The notes: generated by a model from the sequence alone, not told the origin. Shown: positions 30,426 through 40,660, counted from the first letter of the stretch. The stretch is DNA of 64,000 nucleotides from Candidatus Magasanikiibacteriota bacterium (GCA_041665025.1 JBAYJP010000001.1:16207-80206), one strand, 5' to 3'. Numbers and translations: made by a program.

Positions 30426-31652
30426 TTACTGATAACGTAATGCTTCTATAGGATTAAGCCGTGCTGCTCGTTTTGCTGGATAATATCCAAATAAAATTCC
30501 TACTAATGCAGAAATGCCAAACGACATAATAATTGAAGAGCTATTGACCACTGTAGTTGTTCCACTTAGTTTATAAATAACCCATGCAGCAAACCATCCC
30601 ACTACAATGCCAATAACTCCCCCGATAAAAGTAAGGGCAACCGACTCTGCCAAGAATTGGGCACTGATATCTTTATTTGTTGCTCCGAGTGATTTACGCA
30701 AACCTATTTCTCGCGTTCTTTCGGTAACCGTGGTCAACATCATATTCATAATTCCAATTCCTCCAACAAAAAGTGAAATTCCACCAATTGCGCCAAGTAA
30801 GAGAGTGAGTGTTCCTGATACTTCCGACGCAGCACCCAATATATCTGCCTGGTTTAAAATACTAAAATCAGCGCTCAGAGCGTCAGTAATGTGATGACGT
30901 TGTAACAACAGACTCTGCACTTCTGCTTGAACCTGGCTCATGCTATCGGCAGACGTAGCTTGGATATTGATATTACTTACGGATTCGTTTCCCGTAAGAT
31001 ACTGTTGTGCGGTAGTAATGGGAATATAAATAAGATCATCAGAACTTCCCAACCCTGTTCCACCTTTTGCCTGAGTAACACCAATTACCGAATATTGCTG
31101 ACCGTCAATGCGTATTTTTTGCCCAATTGGATTGACACCTGCTCCAAACAAATCATCACGTGTGGTAGGTCCAAGTACTGCCACCCGCGCATGTGAGTTT
31201 ATTTGATTTTCACTTATAGCAACACCCAGATCAATTGCGACTGTTTTAATAGTAAAATAATGTGTATCAATTCCATAAATACTGGTGTTCGTATTCTGCC
31301 CTTTTACAATCACCTGTTTACGCGAACTGACGGTTGGCGCGATTGCTTCAATATTTTCTATTTTTTCGTTTATTGCTTCACTATCACCAATGGTCAATGT
31401 TTGTGAAGAACCTGCACCACCCCTTACAATATTACCACCAGACTGTCTCTGGCTTCCCGGCGTGACTACGAGTAAATTTGTCCCCAACGATTCTATTCTA
31501 CTCGATATATCCTGGGTTGCACCCTGGCCAACAGATATCATGGCAATAACTGACGCGATACCAATAACAATACCCAAAATAGTCAAGGCAGAGCGAGACT
31601 TATTTGAAGATAATGAAAAATATGTTTCTTCAAAGAGGTCTGAAAATATCAT
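30426..31652 (-). CDS. ABC transporter permease (MacB/FtsX family)
   Basis: TM1, large periplasmic MacB-like core domain, C-terminal FtsX 3-TM bundle. The 5' extension of the tracked ORF is rejected because it is translated from a dispersed repeat. Confidence 0.75.
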   Translation of the reverse strand: MIFSDLFEETYFSLSSNKSRSALTILGIVIGIASVIAMISVGQGATQDISSRIESLGTNLLVVTPGSQRQSGGNIVRGGAGSSQTLTIGDSEAINEKIENIEAIAPTVSSRKQVIVKGQNTNTSIYGIDTHYFTIKTVAIDLGVAISENQINSHARVAVLGPTTRDDLFGAGVNPIGQKIRIDGQQYSVIGVTQAKGGTGLGSSDDLIYIPITTAQQYLTGNESVSNINIQATSADSMSQVQAEVQSLLLQRHHITDALSADFSILNQADILGAASEVSGTLTLLLGAIGGISLFVGGIGIMNMMLTTVTERTREIGLRKSLGATNKDISAQFLAESVALTFIGGVIGIVVGWFAAWVIYKLSGTTTVVNSSSIIMSFGISALVGILFGYYPAKRAARLNPIEALRYQ

Positions 31653-31664
31653 ACATGGTATATT

Positions 31665-31775
31665 ATTTACGACGCAGGTGAACGAAATGGCAGCCCAAGC
31701 TGACATTTCCGAGCCGAGGAGTAACTACAGGATCAATACCTCGTGAGCTTGCTCCGAGGATCCTTTATTGATTCG
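31665..31775. repeat. Dispersed ~110-bp repeat element, copy A
   Basis: ~82 nt nearly identical (1 mismatch) to the reverse complement of 39343-39425; inserted between the ABC ATPase stop and the permease start. Confidence 0.55.
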
Positions 31776-32493
31776 GGTTTGAATTTTTCGTTTTAGTGTC
31801 ACTTAAAATTCTTCCGTCTTTAATTTCAATCACTCGATTTGCGTAAGCTGCTACATTTTTATCGTGGGTAATAAGGATAATGGTGTGTCCATGTTCTCTA
31901 TTTAAATTCTGGAATGTATGCAAGACTACCTCCCCTGTTTTTGAGTCTAAATTTCCTGTAGGTTCATCTGCCAAAATAATATCTGGATTATTTACCAATG
32001 CTCGCGCGATAGCAACGCGTTGCATCTGTCCACCAGAAAGTTCATTTGAAAGATGTTTCCATCTATCTTCATCTAATCCTACAGCACGCAGAGCCACTTC
32101 AGCTTTTTCCTTTCTTTTTGACCTTTCAAGTGTTGTATCATATATGAACGGAAGTGAGACATTGCGCATCACTGTGGAACGTGCAAGTAAATTAAATGAT
32201 TGAAAAACAAATCCAATTTTTTGCGAACGAATATGAGCTACGTCGTCATCAGCAAGAGAAAAAACATCTTGCCCATCCAAAAAAAAATTTCCATCAGTAG
32301 GTCTGTCAAGCGCACCTAAGATATTCATGAGTGTTGATTTTCCAGAACCTGAAGGACCAATGATTGCGACAAATTCGCCTTTTTCAATAGAAAAACTCAC
32401 ATCACTCAGTACGGTAAGATAGTCTTCTCCTATTTTGTAGGTCTTTGTGAGATGTTTGCACTGAATCATATTATAGAATACCACCTGGGCCAC
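31765..32493 (-). CDS. ABC transporter ATP-binding protein (MacB/LolD-like)
   Basis: Walker A GPSGSGKST, signature LSGGQMQRVAIARAL, Walker B ILADEPT. Confidence 0.85.
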   Translation of the reverse strand: MAQVVFYNMIQCKHLTKTYKIGEDYLTVLSDVSFSIEKGEFVAIIGPSGSGKSTLMNILGALDRPTDGNFFLDGQDVFSLADDDVAHIRSQKIGFVFQSFNLLARSTVMRNVSLPFIYDTTLERSKRKEKAEVALRAVGLDEDRWKHLSNELSGGQMQRVAIARALVNNPDIILADEPTGNLDSKTGEVVLHTFQNLNREHGHTIILITHDKNVAAYANRVIEIKDGRILSDTKTKNSNPNQ

Positions 32494-34369
32494 CTACTGG
32501 AAAATTTCCGTTTCCTCCTTGGCGTGATGGATTATTTTGCTGTGTAGAATTTGTTGTGTTGGTACTATTGACACGCACTGTTTGAGTAATGATAGTCTCG
32601 CCTTCAGACAAACCCTGTATAATTTCTGTCATGGTATCGTTGGTTAAACCAGTGGTAACATATTTTTTTTCTATCTTTCCATTATTTTGTTCTTCGACAT
32701 AATTTCCTTGGACGTCAGATTTAATTGCAGAACTTTCAACCATAAGTATATCATTTTTGCTATTGGTTATAATTTCCGCGCTTACACTCATATTTGGCTT
32801 TATGCGCTCGTCTTGTACATCAAAAGCTATTTTCACTGTATAACTCACAACGCCCTGACTTACAGTGCCTAAGTTATCAATTTCAACTACTTTTCCGGTT
32901 ATTTCCAAATCTTCAACAGCATCAAATGTAAGATTTACTTTTTGTTCTAACTTAACTTTTGCAATATCTACCTCGTTAAGTGTTATTTCTGCAATTTTTT
33001 GAGAAGTAATAATAGACGCTATAGTAGAGCCAGAACTAATACTATCTCCACGACTTATCGGTACGTCCACAATAACTCCTTCAAATGGCGCTTTTACATA
33101 ATGATTTGATAAACTCTGTTGTGCAGACCACAAATCATTTCTACGCTGTTCAACGGTGAGTTTTTGGTTTTGTATATCAAGTTCATCGTTGCCATCTTTC
33201 AAGTCATCATATTTAACTTCTAATTCTTTTATATTGCGCTCCGCCTGTACGATAGCAATAGGATTGTTAACTTCCATTTCTTTCAAACTTCTTTCCGCGT
33301 TGACAATACTTTCTTCACTATCTTCAACAGTCCGATCATTACTAAGTAAGCTCGATACATGTGAATTATTTTGAGACGTATATGAAGCCAATTCAGTTTC
33401 ATATTCTGATACCTTATCAAAAACTTCCAAATCTCGAGATTCTCGATATTCAGACCAAAAATCGACAACATTAGCCGTCTCTTTTACAGCATCTGCAACC
33501 TGTTTGCTTGTTTCGAGTGTGTCAACCAAAAGCTGCATAATAGTATCTTTATCTGAATATCTTGTGGTATTTTTGAAAGATACAACTACAGCATCATATG
33601 ATTTTTTTGCTATATTATACGCAACTTTCGCATCAGTGACATAATCACTCATTTTTTCCCGATTATCTGAGTCAGAATATAAAATTGAATTAACAAATGA
33701 ACCATCATTAAAGCCATACCCACCCAAGGTCGGTTCAGATTTAGATAAATCAGAACTCAATAATACACTATATATACCACCCATAATATCTGGCAAGTCT
33801 AAAAAAGTGCTTGCTACAGTATTGTAGGCATCTTCATATGATTTCTCTAATGTATCTTCTGCTTTTTGTTTTGTTTCCACGGTTTGTTCATATTCAGTTT
33901 CTTGACTAACCTTTAATTTAGTTAGATCCTCTTGGGCTTTGAGCAGAGAATTTTCAGCCGTAAGCAATGTTGCGTCAGACGCTGGGGACAATAATTCGTT
34001 CAATTGCAACTGTGCGAGATCCAAATTTATTTTTGCCTGATTTACACTTAACGCTGAATCTCGCGAATCTGTCTGGGCTAATACATCACCTTCTTTTACC
34101 GTTTGTCCGTTTTTAATATTGAGTGTAACAACATCGCCAGATGCTTCTGACTTTATGTCAACTTGACTAACTGGCGATACTTGCCCCGTACCGCTTATGG
34201 TCGTCGAGAGTAAACCGCGTTCAACAGTCCCCGTAACGTATGTTACTTGTTCTGTTTTGGAAAATATTTTTTGCCAACCCATGTAGCCCCCTACACCAAA
34301 TACCGCAAGTGCTATAATCACGCGCCATTTTTTATTTTTTATAAAATTAAGTATCTTATTCATATGCAA
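32471..34369 (-). CDS. Periplasmic adaptor / membrane fusion protein (HlyD/MacA-like) with extended coiled coil
   Basis: N-terminal TM, biotinyl-lipoyl-like segments flanking a long coiled coil, C-terminal beta-barrel region; operonic with the ABC genes. Confidence 0.65.
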   Translation of the reverse strand: MHMNKILNFIKNKKWRVIIALAVFGVGGYMGWQKIFSKTEQVTYVTGTVERGLLSTTISGTGQVSPVSQVDIKSEASGDVVTLNIKNGQTVKEGDVLAQTDSRDSALSVNQAKINLDLAQLQLNELLSPASDATLLTAENSLLKAQEDLTKLKVSQETEYEQTVETKQKAEDTLEKSYEDAYNTVASTFLDLPDIMGGIYSVLLSSDLSKSEPTLGGYGFNDGSFVNSILYSDSDNREKMSDYVTDAKVAYNIAKKSYDAVVVSFKNTTRYSDKDTIMQLLVDTLETSKQVADAVKETANVVDFWSEYRESRDLEVFDKVSEYETELASYTSQNNSHVSSLLSNDRTVEDSEESIVNAERSLKEMEVNNPIAIVQAERNIKELEVKYDDLKDGNDELDIQNQKLTVEQRRNDLWSAQQSLSNHYVKAPFEGVIVDVPISRGDSISSGSTIASIITSQKIAEITLNEVDIAKVKLEQKVNLTFDAVEDLEITGKVVEIDNLGTVSQGVVSYTVKIAFDVQDERIKPNMSVSAEIITNSKNDILMVESSAIKSDVQGNYVEEQNNGKIEKKYVTTGLTNDTMTEIIQGLSEGETIITQTVRVNSTNTTNSTQQNNPSRQGGNGNFPVGGPGGIL

Positions 34370-34426
34370 AAAAATTTAGAAACCCGCTCCATACGGAATG
34401 AAACGGGCCAACTAAATCTTTGTGTA

Positions 34427-34906
34427 TTAGTTGTTTTGTGTGTTTGTATTATTTGTATTTTGTTGCATCATCTTGCCCATGCCACGGCGTCCACCTTTCA
34501 TATTTTCTCCCATATTGCCTTTATGTTCAGACATATACGTCAGACGCTGATCTGCTTGAGCTTGAGTGATAATGCCTTGGCTTACAAGCGTGGAAAACCA
34601 TTGTTTCATTTCCTCTTGACGCAAAGCTTGCATTTTTGTCTTCAAATCTTCGTCACTTATTCCTTTTTCTTTGGCTAGGTCATGAATATTTTTTCCCTGT
34701 GCCCAAGCACCTTTCATCTCATCTGCAGTAATACCGAGTATTTGAGCTCCTTCATCCATTTTTGTTTGAAATTGCTCTGCTGCTTTTGCAGGATCTATTT
34801 TTGATATCATACCCATACCAAAACCTCCAAATGCCTTTGCCGTACCGCCGAGTGCCAAAAGAGCGATAGCTACTGCTGGCACAATAATTACATATTTATT
34901 TTTCAT
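34427..34906 (-). CDS. Hypothetical secreted protein
   Basis: Signal peptide, no motif recognised. Confidence 0.35.
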   Translation of the reverse strand: MKNKYVIIVPAVAIALLALGGTAKAFGGFGMGMISKIDPAKAAEQFQTKMDEGAQILGITADEMKGAWAQGKNIHDLAKEKGISDEDLKTKMQALRQEEMKQWFSTLVSQGIITQAQADQRLTYMSEHKGNMGENMKGGRRGMGKMMQQNTNNTNTQNN

Positions 34907-35035
34907 AGATTGTAGAAGTTAAAAGTTAGTTTGTTGGCTAGCCATTTCTATATAGTATTACAATATACAAGACTATATTATTTCAAACCAAAAAGCGCGT
35001 ATAGAAGCGCTTTCTTTCTTAAAATGACCACCTAC

Positions 35036-35944
35036 TTACTCTATAGGCAGATATTTTTCTAAACACTCCCCAAAGCAGATCTCGGGAGTATTGTGATTTT
35101 GAGCACAGCCCTTAACGCACACGCGCGCTTCTGAATTCATCAACATTTTGATGCGCGGTGGACCAAAACGACGTTCAATGCCTCTATCAATCATAGGCAT
35201 TTTTCCTTCAGGGATAACTTTAATCTCAAATGCCTTAAATACATCCTTCGTCCTTTCTCCTACAGCCGCGACAAATAGTCCTTGTTCAAGTTGAGGGATA
35301 TTTTTTTTATTCAAATTTTCTATATCTATGACTATAATTTCTTGGGGGGTTTGGATGGTTGCAGAATTTTTATCGAGAGCAATGACACGTCCTGCAATAC
35401 CCCACATACGTTTACCCATTCCTTGTCCAAAAAAAGGACGAAGTATCATGCCATGAGGTTTTCCACCAAATGCCTGGCGTTCAATAATTTCGGCAACATG
35501 TACAAATGTAAACACCGTACCGAGAGCCATAATGCTTAGAACTAACACAAGGGATACATAACTAAATGGCTTAGCGTACAATGCACCTGTCTTTTTCAAA
35601 ATAAATCCTGCGATAAAAATAAGGGCAATAAAAACTACAACAAGCGTATATGGAAATGACTCAAGAAATGCAAACACTCCTCTACTTCCAAAGCTTAAAT
35701 ACCACAAATTATCTGTTTCACGTAGATAAAATAATAACAAACAAAAGAGAAGAACGGCACCGAGGATGGTAAGGGCTAATGCACTCCCCATACCCCATTT
35801 TTCGACCCAAAAAATATACTTAGACCGGAGCTTCACGTTGCCGCTCTTGATCTCAGACATTATTTTGTCTTCTATATTTTGTGTACTATGTTTGTCTTCC
35901 ATATAATGTTTTACCCAAAGATTCTTTGATAATTTTTTTTCCAC
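35036..35944 (-). CDS. Membrane protein, candidate anti-sigma factor
   Basis: Immediately downstream of and overlapping the ECF sigma gene; TM segments and a C-terminal Cys-rich tail. Confidence 0.4.
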   Translation of the reverse strand: MEKKLSKNLWVKHYMEDKHSTQNIEDKIMSEIKSGNVKLRSKYIFWVEKWGMGSALALTILGAVLLFCLLLFYLRETDNLWYLSFGSRGVFAFLESFPYTLVVVFIALIFIAGFILKKTGALYAKPFSYVSLVLVLSIMALGTVFTFVHVAEIIERQAFGGKPHGMILRPFFGQGMGKRMWGIAGRVIALDKNSATIQTPQEIIVIDIENLNKKNIPQLEQGLFVAAVGERTKDVFKAFEIKVIPEGKMPMIDRGIERRFGPPRIKMLMNSEARVCVKGCAQNHNTPEICFGECLEKYLPIE

Positions 35945-36470
35945 GCATAATCAGGGTACCTACCGTATTGCGCGGAATACGCAGGATATCACTTATTTCT
36001 TCGTAGCTCTTTTGTTCAAAAAAGTACAAGATAATTGGCTCACGATATTTATCTTTCATAGCAGTCAACGCCTGTTCGACAACTGTCTTAGTAAGCGATG
36101 CATCGACTGATTTGCCCAAATCAATATTTTGATCAATAATTTCCCATTCACTTTCATCGATAGAAACTACTTCTTTGCGATATTTTTTTATCATGTTCAA
36201 AGCTTCGTTGTGTGCAATGCGGTATATCCACGGAGAAAATCTTTTATGAACATTAAAATCATTGAGATTCCTATATGCTTTAATAAAAACATCTTGAAGT
36301 ACATCTTCAAGTTCATCGTCCCTACGAATAAATTTTCTCAAATAATGGGAGAGTTTTGTCTGATAGCGCCTGATAATCTCGCTGTATAATTCTTTATCGT
36401 TTTGTCGAATTATGGCTATCAGCTCTTCGTCGGTCAAATTTTCTTGAGACGGCATATATACAGTATACAA
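35886..36470 (-). CDS. RNA polymerase sigma-70 factor, ECF subfamily
   Basis: Region 2 (FSPWIYRIAHNEALN) and region 4 HTH (SYEEISDILRIPRNTVGTLIMRGKK). Confidence 0.8.
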   Translation of the reverse strand: MYTVYMPSQENLTDEELIAIIRQNDKELYSEIIRRYQTKLSHYLRKFIRRDDELEDVLQDVFIKAYRNLNDFNVHKRFSPWIYRIAHNEALNMIKKYRKEVVSIDESEWEIIDQNIDLGKSVDASLTKTVVEQALTAMKDKYREPIILYFFEQKSYEEISDILRIPRNTVGTLIMRGKKIIKESLGKTLYGRQT

Positions 36471-36536
36471 CTGCGACCTTAAAAATATTTCAAACTACCT
36501 CTTAGTTTAGACTAAAATACAAAAATAATAAAGGAT

Positions 36537-36785
36537 CTATTCCAAATCTTCTCCTATATCTCTTTTTTCTTGATAGTACCTATATACTCCTATAAGAAGT
36601 ATCACTATACCTCCAACAAGGACAAACCATCCTATATATATTATGAGCCTTGTTTCAAAGAATTTAAAAAGAGCTACGGCTAAGACAAGAACAGACATAC
36701 TGGTCCGTACATAGGATAAAAACGTCCTTTCATTTGAATGAAGTGAGCGCTTTTTTTCCAATTTTAAACTTGGTTGTTTGTCCAT
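36537..36785 (-). CDS. DUF202 (YidH-like) small membrane protein
   Basis: NERTFLSYVRTSMS motif and two TM helices. Confidence 0.5.
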   Translation of the reverse strand: MDKQPSLKLEKKRSLHSNERTFLSYVRTSMSVLVLAVALFKFFETRLIIYIGWFVLVGGIVILLIGVYRYYQEKRDIGEDLE

Positions 36786-36795
36786 AATTTTAATT

Positions 36796-38010
36796 TTATT
36801 GAATAAGTTTATTTCTTTTTATCATCTTCACTAGCGCAATATATATAATAAAAATCATGAGAACAGCAAACATATAGGCCTGGTAGGCATATCGGGTAAT
36901 TCCTTCTTCTATCGTGGGGTCAAAAAAAACAAAAGAAATATATCCAGCTATAATAAACAATAGTACCACGACTGCAGCCATTTTATACGATAAAAGGTTT
37001 ATTATTTTGGCTTTTAATTCCACAAAAAAACTATGTATGATGTAACCGAGTATTGGCCATACAAATATCAGAGGCAAAGCAAAAATTCGTGCTTCCTGCG
37101 AACGCGCGGTATATAGGGTAAGAGGTGTATTAATACCTACCGTCAGGATGGAAGCCCAGAGAAAAAATTTTATATGTACATCACGTTTTGATTTTAATCG
37201 AACGTACTCAAAAAGAATAATTATCCAAGGAAACAACACAAGGAAAGGCATAATAATACTTTCTTTTGTGTATTGTATGCTTTGGAAATTGTAATGCCAC
37301 TCAAAAAAACGTTCTTCTTGTAAATAGTCCACGCTACCACCAATACCATTAATTAAACTGCCATAGCCTATATAATATGCACCATACAGCATACTAGCTA
37401 TGGTTATACTGACAAGTACGGGACGAAGCGCAAGGTCGCGAGAAGTATACGCTAAAAAACATAAACCAGGTATGAGAATCAGACTCGTTTCTCGCGCAAC
37501 TGCGGATAAAAATAAACTAAGAGAAAACAACCTATATCTTTTTTGAAATAAAAAAATAAGAGTGGTAAACAAAAGTGCATATTGTACTGGTTCATCGTAG
37601 GTATGCATGTTGGTTGCAAATGCAAACACGATACTAAACGTAAGATAAAATAACAACAAACTCCATATACCAGCACCATGCGAAAAACGAAGTACACGAA
37701 CTAATATATATAATAGAAGGCCATCTGCCATTAAAAAAAATGCGTGAACAATAATGATCGCGCTTCCTATAGGAATGTCAAATAAGACGTGAAAACCGTA
37801 GACAAAATTGTTTGTCAAAGGTCTCATGGCAAACACAGGGTGGGTGGTGTGCAGGGTGTACCCACTTTCTATATGTTCCCAGTTTATTTTTTTATTCTCA
37901 ACAGCATAGCCATTATAGGTACTTTCAATTAACCATATGTGCATACATACCATACATAGTGTGGAACATACCGCTACCACCGTGGCAAAAAACAAATTTT
38001 TCCTTTCCAT
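36796..38010 (-). CDS. Polytopic integral membrane protein (possibly a glycosyltransferase/polymerase-like envelope enzyme)
   Basis: 10 or more predicted TM helices. The start is set at MERKNLFF, just downstream of a minus-strand hairpin/T-run. Confidence 0.4.
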   Translation of the reverse strand: MERKNLFFATVVAVCSTLCMVCMHIWLIESTYNGYAVENKKINWEHIESGYTLHTTHPVFAMRPLTNNFVYGFHVLFDIPIGSAIIIVHAFFLMADGLLLYILVRVLRFSHGAGIWSLLLFYLTFSIVFAFATNMHTYDEPVQYALLFTTLIFLFQKRYRLFSLSLFLSAVARETSLILIPGLCFLAYTSRDLALRPVLVSITIASMLYGAYYIGYGSLINGIGGSVDYLQEERFFEWHYNFQSIQYTKESIIMPFLVLFPWIIILFEYVRLKSKRDVHIKFFLWASILTVGINTPLTLYTARSQEARIFALPLIFVWPILGYIIHSFFVELKAKIINLLSYKMAAVVVLLFIIAGYISFVFFDPTIEEGITRYAYQAYMFAVLMIFIIYIALVKMIKRNKLIQ

Positions 38011-38024
38011 ACAGAAATATATAA

Positions 38025-38050
38025 AAACTCCCTTTTGGGAGTTTAAAATG
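38025..38050 (-). terminator. Hairpin + T-run (minus orientation) between arfB and the membrane protein gene
   Basis: AACTCCC-aaaa-GGGAGTT followed by TTTTTATAT on the minus strand. Confidence 0.45.
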
Positions 38051-38333
38051 ATTTTTTGTCGGATCAACAAAATCAGCACAATTAAACACAAATATCCTCC
38101 CGCGTATGCTTACGCTATGAGCGTGCAAACAAACGTTGTGTGCATATAGTTTTATCGTATAACGCGACACCTTTTGCCGTCAACCCCTGTGGACAGATTA
38201 CATGTGCCAAATATCCTTGACAAAAATGTACGAATGAATCAAAAACTATATATACGACACAAATTAAAATTGACGTGGGGGTATATGCTCACCGTATATA
38301 AAAAAGTAACTTCACTCAGTGAAGTTACTTTTT

Positions 38334-38750
38334 CTATTCATCAAAATTTTTTTTACGGTATTTTTTGACATCTGAACGTATTTTTTTAGTCGTAAGTCTT
38401 TTTAATTTAGAAGCATAGGTAGGCCGTGTTGGCTTGCGCTTTTTTGGTATATACAGCGCTTCATTCACCAACTTTTGCAAACGCACGGTAGCTATTTCCC
38501 GATTTTGAATCTGGGATCGTTCTTCTTCTGACATGACCACAATCTCATCTTCACTGTTCAATCTATTACGCAATACAACTCGTATACGTTGTCTTTGTTC
38601 ATCAAGCAACACGGCAGACGCGCCCACATTCCAATGAATAATAACTTTCGTGGAAGTCTTATTTACATTCTGTCCTCCAGCGCCAGAAGATCGCGCAAAC
38701 GTGATGCGCAGTTCTGATTCGGGGATATATAACCTTTTTTTTCTATCCAT
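38334..38750 (-). CDS. arfB: Alternative ribosome-rescue factor ArfB (peptidyl-tRNA hydrolase, RF-1 domain)
   Basis: GGQ motif in RSSGAGGQNVNKT, basic C-terminal tail. Confidence 0.75.
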   Translation of the reverse strand: MDRKKRLYIPESELRITFARSSGAGGQNVNKTSTKVIIHWNVGASAVLLDEQRQRIRVVLRNRLNSEDEIVVMSEEERSQIQNREIATVRLQKLVNEALYIPKKRKPTRPTYASKLKRLTTKKIRSDVKKYRKKNFDE

Positions 38751-38870
38751 ATGGCCATAAGTGTAACATTGCGGGCCTTTTTTTTCAATAAAAAACATGC
38801 TACTATAATGCATATGCAATTACCCTACAGAAAACCAGGAAAATTTAGCCAGATGAAGCAAGACAACCTC

Positions 38871-39317
38871 ATGACACAAAAAAAATTTGATGAAATTGAA
38901 AAAAAACTTGCTCATTTGAAAAAAATACTTCGGCCACAAGCAGCAGAAGAGGTTGCCCGTTTGGCTGAAACAGGAGATTTCTCAGAAAATGCAGGGTATC
39001 AAAATGCCAAAGCTCGACTGAGAACTATTAACCACACGATTCTTTTTCTGGAAAACAAGACGACTAACGCAAGCATCATTCCTGCACACAAAAGTACCAC
39101 TACCGTCGAAATAGGGACAGAAGTAACGGTACTTTGTGATGATAACAAAACAAAAAAATTCCTTATACTCGGATCTTCTGAGACAAATCCAGGCAAGGGC
39201 GTTATTTCTCACAATTCACCCATGGGTTCCTCACTGATAGGACATCGTGTGGGTGATGTGGTATCAGTAAAATTAAAAACTTCTACAATAGACTACAAAA
39301 TTTTACAAATCCAATAA
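38871..39317 (+). CDS. GreA/GreB-family transcription factor (second paralog)
   Basis: GDFSENAGY motif, C-terminal FKBP-like domain. A downstream ATG is chosen because the tracked ORF start overlaps arfB. Confidence 0.65.
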   Translation: MTQKKFDEIEKKLAHLKKILRPQAAEEVARLAETGDFSENAGYQNAKARLRTINHTILFLENKTTNASIIPAHKSTTTVEIGTEVTVLCDDNKTKKFLILGSSETNPGKGVISHNSPMGSSLIGHRVGDVVSVKLKTSTIDYKILQIQ

Positions 39318-39430
39318 AGGATCCTCGAATCAACCTGCCTGCCGGCAGGCAGGGCTATGAGGTATTGATCCTGTAGTTACTCCTCGGCTCGGAAATGTCA
39401 GCTTGGGCTGCCATTTCGCTCACCTGCGTC
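39318..39430. repeat. Dispersed ~110-bp repeat element, copy B (inverted relative to copy A)
   Basis: Contains a perfect palindrome CCTGCCTGCCGGCAGGCAGG and an ~82-nt near-identity to the reverse complement of copy A. Confidence 0.55.
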
Positions 39431-39454
39431 GTAAATAAAACTCCGATATTAAAA

Positions 39455-39478
39455 AAATAGGCATGCTGCCTATTTTTT
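39455..39478. terminator. Bidirectional terminator between the convergent Gre paralog and zupT genes
   Basis: AAATAGGCAgcaTGCCTATTTTTT. Confidence 0.65.
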
Positions 39479-39488
39479 GAATATAAAA

Positions 39489-40250
39489 TTAATGGGTATC
39501 TCCTATTTTTAGAACAAACATAAGAGCCACTCCTACAAAAAAACAGATAAACGCAATGAGTGACTTGCCAAATTTGGATTCTTTGTGGAGTTCAGGGATG
39601 AGATCAGACGCCGATACGTAGATAAATCCTCCAGCAGTCAATGCAACCAAAAATGGCATAAATCCATGAGTCATCTGGCCAAGTGCCACGCCAGCTAACG
39701 CCCCCAAAATTGCAAGCGTTGCTGAGAAAAAATTATAAACCAGCGCCTTTAATTTGCTAAATCCACCATAAATAAGAACGCCGAAATCAGATATTTCTTG
39801 TGGAATCTCATGAATGATGACGCCGATAGTGGTGGCTATGCCAAGCGTGGTACTAAGTGAAAAAGCGGCTGCGATGACCATGCCATCTATAAAGTTATGA
39901 AAACCATCACCAATGATATTGAGATACGTAAATGGGTGTACACTACATTCCCCACCATGTTTGTGACAATGATGCCAGTGCAATACACGCTCCAAAATAA
40001 AAAATAATGCAAACCCAAAGAGTACTGCAACAAATATTACGTCACTGTTGGCTCCTCCTTCAACACTTTCAACTGCTTCGGGAATGAGATGCAAAAATGC
40101 ACTGCCCATAAGAGAACCGGCCGAAATCGCCACAAGATAAAAAACAATTTTGTGCAGTATCTCATGTTTTATGGCTAGTGTAATAACACCAATAAATGAA
40201 ATTGCGCTGACGGCAAGTGTGGCAATGATAGAATTAATTAGAATATCCAT
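39489..40250 (-). CDS. zupT: ZIP-family zinc transporter (ZupT-like)
   Basis: HEIPQEISDFGVL signature, His-rich loop, 8 TM. Confidence 0.8.
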   Translation of the reverse strand: MDILINSIIATLAVSAISFIGVITLAIKHEILHKIVFYLVAISAGSLMGSAFLHLIPEAVESVEGGANSDVIFVAVLFGFALFFILERVLHWHHCHKHGGECSVHPFTYLNIIGDGFHNFIDGMVIAAAFSLSTTLGIATTIGVIIHEIPQEISDFGVLIYGGFSKLKALVYNFFSATLAILGALAGVALGQMTHGFMPFLVALTAGGFIYVSASDLIPELHKESKFGKSLIAFICFFVGVALMFVLKIGDTH

Positions 40251-40264
40251 ATATGTAATAATAA

Positions 40265-40642
40265 TTATGAGTTGCACTGATTACAAACTCCGGTTAATGT
40301 TAGTTGATGATACACATGTTTAAAATGTTTAACATTTTTAAATGAATGAGTACATTTAATTTTTTCCATATATCCACATTTTTTGCATATAATATGATGG
40401 TGAGGTTCATCTGCGAGACAATATTTTTTTTCTTTTCCAAACAACTCTACATGTACCATATGTAATTCTTCAAATACATTGAGTGTTCGATACACAGACG
40501 CCTGATCAACTCCTTTTATATTCTTGTGCATGTCCTGCGCTGACAACGATGTATGGTGGTTGGATAAAAACTGAAGTATAGCACTGCGTGGCTTCGTCAT
40601 TTTGTATCCTGCGTGTTCTAATATATTTGCAAAATCTTTCAT
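40265..40642 (-). CDS. zur: Fur-family metalloregulator (Zur-like)
   Basis: Fur fold with HHH..CxxC ... CxxC; operonic with zupT. Confidence 0.75.
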   Translation of the reverse strand: MKDFANILEHAGYKMTKPRSAILQFLSNHHTSLSAQDMHKNIKGVDQASVYRTLNVFEELHMVHVELFGKEKKYCLADEPHHHIICKKCGYMEKIKCTHSFKNVKHFKHVYHQLTLTGVCNQCNS

Positions 40643-40660
40643 ATATGTACACCTTAACAC

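Noticed and set aside
31653-31706. N-terminal 18 codons of the tracked permease ORF (MSAWAAISFTCVVNNIPC)
   Set aside because: Translated from the dispersed repeat element (copy A). The homologous MacB-type N-terminus begins at MIFSDLFEE (31652).
37479-38170. Small ORFs 37479-37697, 37812-38024, 37925-38170, 37937-38149
   Set aside because: Lie within or antisense to the polytopic membrane protein gene or across its terminator hairpin. AT-rich frame artefacts.
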